A stretch of DNA of 30,916 nucleotides from NCBI GenBank assembly GCA_964555165.1, contig CAZKRN010000040.1:1-30916 (forward strand), in the 5' to 3' direction. The notes beneath the pieces were generated by a model. That model saw only the letters and a program-made list of their open reading frames with translations, was not told the origin of the DNA and did no database searches. Position 1 is the stretch's first letter. Each line of letters starts with the position of its first letter. Positions 27,893 to 30,916 of this stretch are shown piece after piece. The DNA is from an uncultured Methyloversatilis sp. Lineage in GTDB: Bacteria; Pseudomonadota; Gammaproteobacteria; Burkholderiales; Rhodocyclaceae. A program made the translations under genes and the position numbers.

Positions 27893-28969
27893 TCAACTGG
27901 CCAGTTCGTTGAACAGGGCTTCGTTGATGTAGTACTTCTCGCGGCCATGCTTCTGTTCGCGCAGAATGCCCAGCCCGGCAAGCGTCTGCAGGTAGGTCGA
28001 GGCGGTCTGCCGCTTGGCGATGCCTGCTTCGACGACGAACTGGATCTTGGTGTACGGGTGCCGGAAGATGACCTCGACCAGATCCTTGCTGTAGATCGCC
28101 GGCGCTTCGGTCTGCACCCGTGCGCGCACACTTTCCATCAGGGCACGGATCCGCTGCACCTGGTCGTGGGTCTGCTGCGCGGTCGATTCGATGGCGCGCA
28201 GCATGAACAGAATCCAGTTTTCCCAATCCTGCGACTCGGTGACGCGGCGCAAACCTTCGTAGTAGGCCGCACGGTTGGCGATGATGTAGCGCGACAGGAA
28301 CAGAACCGGAATGTCGAGCAGCCCCTTTTCGACCAGATAGAGCAGATTGATGATGCGCCCGGTACGGCCATTGCCATCCGGAAACGGGTGGATGGCCTCG
28401 AACTGGTAATGCATCACCGCCATCTTCACCAGCGGGTCTACACCGTCTTCGGCGTGGATGAACTGTTCGAGATTGCCCAGCTTGTCGCGGATGACGGCCT
28501 CGCCGACCGGCGGGGTATAGATCACCTGGCCCGCGTCGTTCTTCAGCGCAGTACCCGGAATCGCCCGGATGCCCAGTTCGGTCTGCTTGATCAGGCGGAC
28601 GATTTCGACGAACAGATTGGTCGTCAGCGGCCGTGCCTTCAGCGCCTGAAAGCCGTGATAAAGCGCTTCGCGGTAGCGCAGCACCTCATTCGTGTGCGGA
28701 TCGCTCTTGCCTTCGGGATCGGCATCGGCCCGATACAGCTCATCGTTGGTGGTAACGATGTTCTCGATCTCGGACGACAGACGGGCTTCCTGCAGCGCGA
28801 TGCTGCTGATCAGCATGCCCTGGTTCGGGATCTGTGCCGCCAGTCCGCGCAGGTTGGCCAGCACACGATTTGCGCTGATCGCCTGCTTCAGAACGGCCTT
28901 GGTTTCGAGTTCGACCGGCGGGGGAAGCGAGGGCAGGTCGTTGTAGGGCTGCGCGCGATCGAACGGCAT
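27893..28969 (-). CDS. Fic-family protein (AMPylase), class II with an N-terminal inhibitory helix
   Basis: Active-site motif 'HPFPDGNGRTGR' matches HPFx(D/E)GNGRxxR. N-terminal 'SSEIEN' matches the autoinhibitory (S/T)xxxE(G/N) motif. 358 aa with a C-terminal wHTH-like extension ('YLQTLAGLGIL'). Confidence 0.88.
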   Translation of the reverse strand: MPFDRAQPYNDLPSLPPPVELETKAVLKQAISANRVLANLRGLAAQIPNQGMLISSIALQEARLSSEIENIVTTNDELYRADADPEGKSDPHTNEVLRYREALYHGFQALKARPLTTNLFVEIVRLIKQTELGIRAIPGTALKNDAGQVIYTPPVGEAVIRDKLGNLEQFIHAEDGVDPLVKMAVMHYQFEAIHPFPDGNGRTGRIINLLYLVEKGLLDIPVLFLSRYIIANRAAYYEGLRRVTESQDWENWILFMLRAIESTAQQTHDQVQRIRALMESVRARVQTEAPAIYSKDLVEVIFRHPYTKIQFVVEAGIAKRQTASTYLQTLAGLGILREQKHGREKYYINEALFNELAS

Positions 28970-29168
28970 TCAGCGACCCTTGAACGAAGACGTGTCTAAA
29001 AATAGCTAACTTTTAGACATATGGCGAGTGATCTGTATAGAAATCGGCATTTTCTATACGTATGCACAGTGGCCATTGGCCTGCCACGGGTTCTGCCGTC
29101 TCGGCCAAACTTCACCAACGAGCCTCCGCAAAACCCGGGGCGATTCAGTCTGCGTCGTCAAGGGTTTG
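28970..29168. promoter_or_regulatory. fic upstream region with two dyads (GTCTAAAA-N9-TTTTAGAC at 28984-29008; TATAGAAA-N7-TTTCTATA at 29026-29048)
   Basis: Perfect 8-bp inverted repeats in an AT-rich context immediately upstream of the fic start codon. Candidate operator or promoter elements. Confidence 0.4.
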
Positions 29169-30101
29169 TCAGGCAACTCCGTTGTATGTCTCTGGGACAG
29201 CAATGATTGGGCCAGTGAGTGCTTTGGTCGGATATATCAAGAGCAACACGTTGTAGGGCGTTTTAAAGGCCTCGCCCAGACACTCATGGGTGTCTCCGTT
29301 GCGGTCGCTGTAAAGAAGCTGCGTTGGCCTGGTCATTTTCCTTCCGATCGGCAGTAGGTCGCCCAAGGCGTGCGAAACGTCGATACGCTCAGCTACTGGA
29401 ATACCAAATTGTTGTGCGAATGAAGGCGAAGCCTCAATGCGACGCACCTCTGCGTACGGCGGAAGACCCGGTAGCAACTGGATTGGCTCCAAGATGTAGA
29501 GGAGGCATGCTCGGTGATTAGTTCTCGCGAATTCTCGAGCCGACGCATATACCGAAGCACCAAATTTCTTGGAAAGCGCGATAGGTGTCTTTACGGCCAT
29601 CGGCATGTCCGAGGCCATCTCCTTATAGGCGGTCCCCTGAAACAGCGCGTAGCGTGCAAAATTGTTAGCCTCGCGCTCAAACTGGTCGGCGACGGTTGGG
29701 GCCAAGGTCTGCTCGCAGTCTTGGAAGAGCCGAAACACTTTCCGATGGGTCGGCAATTCATGGTGCCCCGTCTCATGCAGTTTTAGAAAAGTCTGCTTAG
29801 ACGCGCCGACGCTGTCATCGATGTGGATGATTTGCTCGTTCGCGTCATAGAGACCCAGAACCTTGGACAGGGCGGACTTGAGCGTCTGCGCCGCCTCGAC
29901 GGTTTTCCTTTTCACGAACGCTAGGAAGGCGGCAGCGTCAAACATCTCCTTGGGTGCCACACGCAGCTTCGCTGCACTGAGGATGTCCTCAACCGGCGTG
30001 GGAAAGCGCCCCCATGCTGATGCCCGATTAAGCAGATCCTGTGCCTGTCGTTCGACAGCGGCCAGTTCAAAGGATTGAAGACTGCTGTCGTCGGGCTTCA
30101 T
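29169..30101 (-). CDS. ImmA/IrrE-family (M78) zinc metallopeptidase
   Basis: 'FLKLHETGHHELPTH' contains HExxH. About 310 aa. Start overlaps the stop of the upstream XRE gene (ATGA), the typical HTH-ImmA / CapH-CapP-like arrangement. Confidence 0.8.
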   Translation of the reverse strand: MKPDDSSLQSFELAAVERQAQDLLNRASAWGRFPTPVEDILSAAKLRVAPKEMFDAAAFLAFVKRKTVEAAQTLKSALSKVLGLYDANEQIIHIDDSVGASKQTFLKLHETGHHELPTHRKVFRLFQDCEQTLAPTVADQFEREANNFARYALFQGTAYKEMASDMPMAVKTPIALSKKFGASVYASAREFARTNHRACLLYILEPIQLLPGLPPYAEVRRIEASPSFAQQFGIPVAERIDVSHALGDLLPIGRKMTRPTQLLYSDRNGDTHECLGEAFKTPYNVLLLIYPTKALTGPIIAVPETYNGVA

Positions 30102-30454
30102 CAGGTGCGTTTCCTCGAGCGGATATGCTTAAGAAAATCTAGGAGTTCAGCTTCCTCGTCAGGGCTCAGGTTGTGCTCGGCAAACGTCGCGATTCGGCCG
30201 TGCCGCTGCCCTTCACTGCGCGTGGCAGCGGCAGGCAGGTAGCCCGCGAGTTCCATCAGCGTGATGTACTCGATTCTGTAGATCTCAGCCAGCTTATTGA
30301 GGATGGTCGGACTTGGCTGCTGGATCTTCCCATTCTCAAGCTGACTAAGGTAGGCGTTCGAAACTTCCTTGCCACTGGCCTCTTCGACCTGCCTAAGCGA
30401 CATCTTCCGATCGTTACGGATAGAGGCGAGGTACTGCCCTAAGGTGACTTTCAC
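30101..30454 (-). CDS. XRE-family helix-turn-helix transcriptional regulator
   Basis: 'LGQYLASIRNDRKMSLRQVEEASGKEVSNAYLSQLENGK' is a Cro/CI-type HTH. 117 aa. Apparent GTG start at 30454. Translationally coupled to the ImmA-like gene. Confidence 0.8.
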   Translation of the reverse strand: MKVTLGQYLASIRNDRKMSLRQVEEASGKEVSNAYLSQLENGKIQQPSPTILNKLAEIYRIEYITLMELAGYLPAAATRSEGQRHGRIATFAEHNLSPDEEAELLDFLKHIRSRKRT

Positions 30455-30667
30455 TGCTTGCCCCGAGTAGCGACAGCACCCGTGACCTTCACGACTGCCC
30501 GCTTTTCACGAGTTTAGCTTCCGCCGCTAAATTTTCAACGCGCGCTTAGCATGCTTGACAAACTTAGCATGCGTTCTTAAAGTTGCACCAAGTGCTCAGC
30601 AGCATCCCGCAGAGAGAGCGCGAGACCCAAGTGCGCGGCTTGTCGCGCGATCGAATGGAAGAGATAT
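30455..30667. promoter_or_regulatory. Divergent promoter/operator region: tandem CTTAGCATGC repeats overlapping a plus-strand sigma70-like promoter (TTGACA-17-TAAAGT)
   Basis: CTTAGCATGC at 30544-30553 and 30563-30572, each containing the palindrome AGCATGC(T). TTGACA at 30555-30560, a 17-nt spacer, TAAAGT at 30578-30583, oriented toward the small ORF at 30668. The XRE gene is transcribed divergently from the same region. Confidence 0.45.
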
Positions 30668-30865
30668 ATGAGCGATCAATTTGAAGAAGACGTAGAGGAC
30701 GTCTACGCCGCTGTGTCGAGTGGGCGTCGCGTTCGTGAGCATGGGCCATTCGGTATCCGGATAGGCGATCAATCCATGCAGTTCGTACCGAAGGTTGTCG
30801 ATGATCCGGTGGTGACTGGCATCCAAATCTTGGCGGTCGCTAACGCACGTCCGGCGAACGATTGA
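30668..30865 (+). CDS. Small hypothetical protein (65 aa), acidic N-terminus
   Basis: ATG preceded by GGAAGAG about 7 nt upstream and by the promoter above. No recognisable motif. Another ATG with an open frame begins near 30907 and runs off the window. Confidence 0.3.
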   Translation: MSDQFEEDVEDVYAAVSSGRRVREHGPFGIRIGDQSMQFVPKVVDDPVVTGIQILAVANARPAND

Positions 30866-30916
30866 GCTTGCCCCCGAAAATCATATCCCTTGCTGAGTGA
30901 TTCACAATGCAGGCAA

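Noticed and set aside
29021-29357. Plus-strand ORFs (61-109 aa) in the fic upstream region and opposite the 3' end of the ImmA-like gene
   Set aside because: They overlap the 3' end of the ImmA-like gene or sit inside the operator-like dyads. They have no RBS and there is no conservation argument. They are likely spurious.

Overview
This is a high-GC (about 68-70%) bacterial chromosomal segment, probably betaproteobacterial, dominated by a red-type (form IC) Calvin-cycle cbb operon. The operon is divergently controlled by cbbR and reads cbbL-cbbS-cbbX-cbbY-cbbE-cbbZ-cbbF-cbbP-cbbT-(degenerate GAPDH-like ORF)-cbbA. No pgk and no canonical gap gene are in the operon. Two copies of a roughly 110-125 bp GC-rich composite palindromic (REP-like) element sit immediately after the cbbL and cbbF stop codons. 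A (CCCCTAG)x5 tandem repeat separates the GAPDH-like ORF from fba. rpe carries an in-frame, hairpin-rich insertion of about 28 codons.

Downstream on the opposite strand there are, from right to left: a NERD + UvrD-like SF1 helicase, a cytoplasmic PAS histidine kinase, an EamA transporter, and an RNA-repair module. The RNA-repair module is rtcR (CARF-sigma54 activator, + strand) divergent from a sigma54-promoted operon encoding an SPFH (band-7) protein, rtcB and rtcA. The roughly 450-nt leader of that operon contains a tRNA-like element with a canonical D-arm and T-arm but a GNRA-capped hairpin in place of the anticodon arm and no convincing acceptor stem. This is my top candidate for something new: a Y-RNA / tRNA-mimic-like RNA without an adjacent Ro (Rsr) gene.

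After an arylamine N-acetyltransferase and phnA, the last roughly 3.9 kb has visibly lower GC. It carries an apparent mobile or defense-associated island on the minus strand: a RhuM-family gene with an in-frame amber codon at a conserved Trp position, a class-II Fic AMPylase, and an XRE-HTH / ImmA (IrrE) metallopeptidase pair (CapH/CapP-like). The XRE-ImmA promoter region has repeated AGCATGC operator-like motifs and faces a small plus-strand ORF that runs toward the window edge.

No CRISPR arrays, rRNA genes or canonical tRNA genes were seen. Many long ORFs in the six-frame track are high-GC artefacts antisense to or out of frame with real genes.
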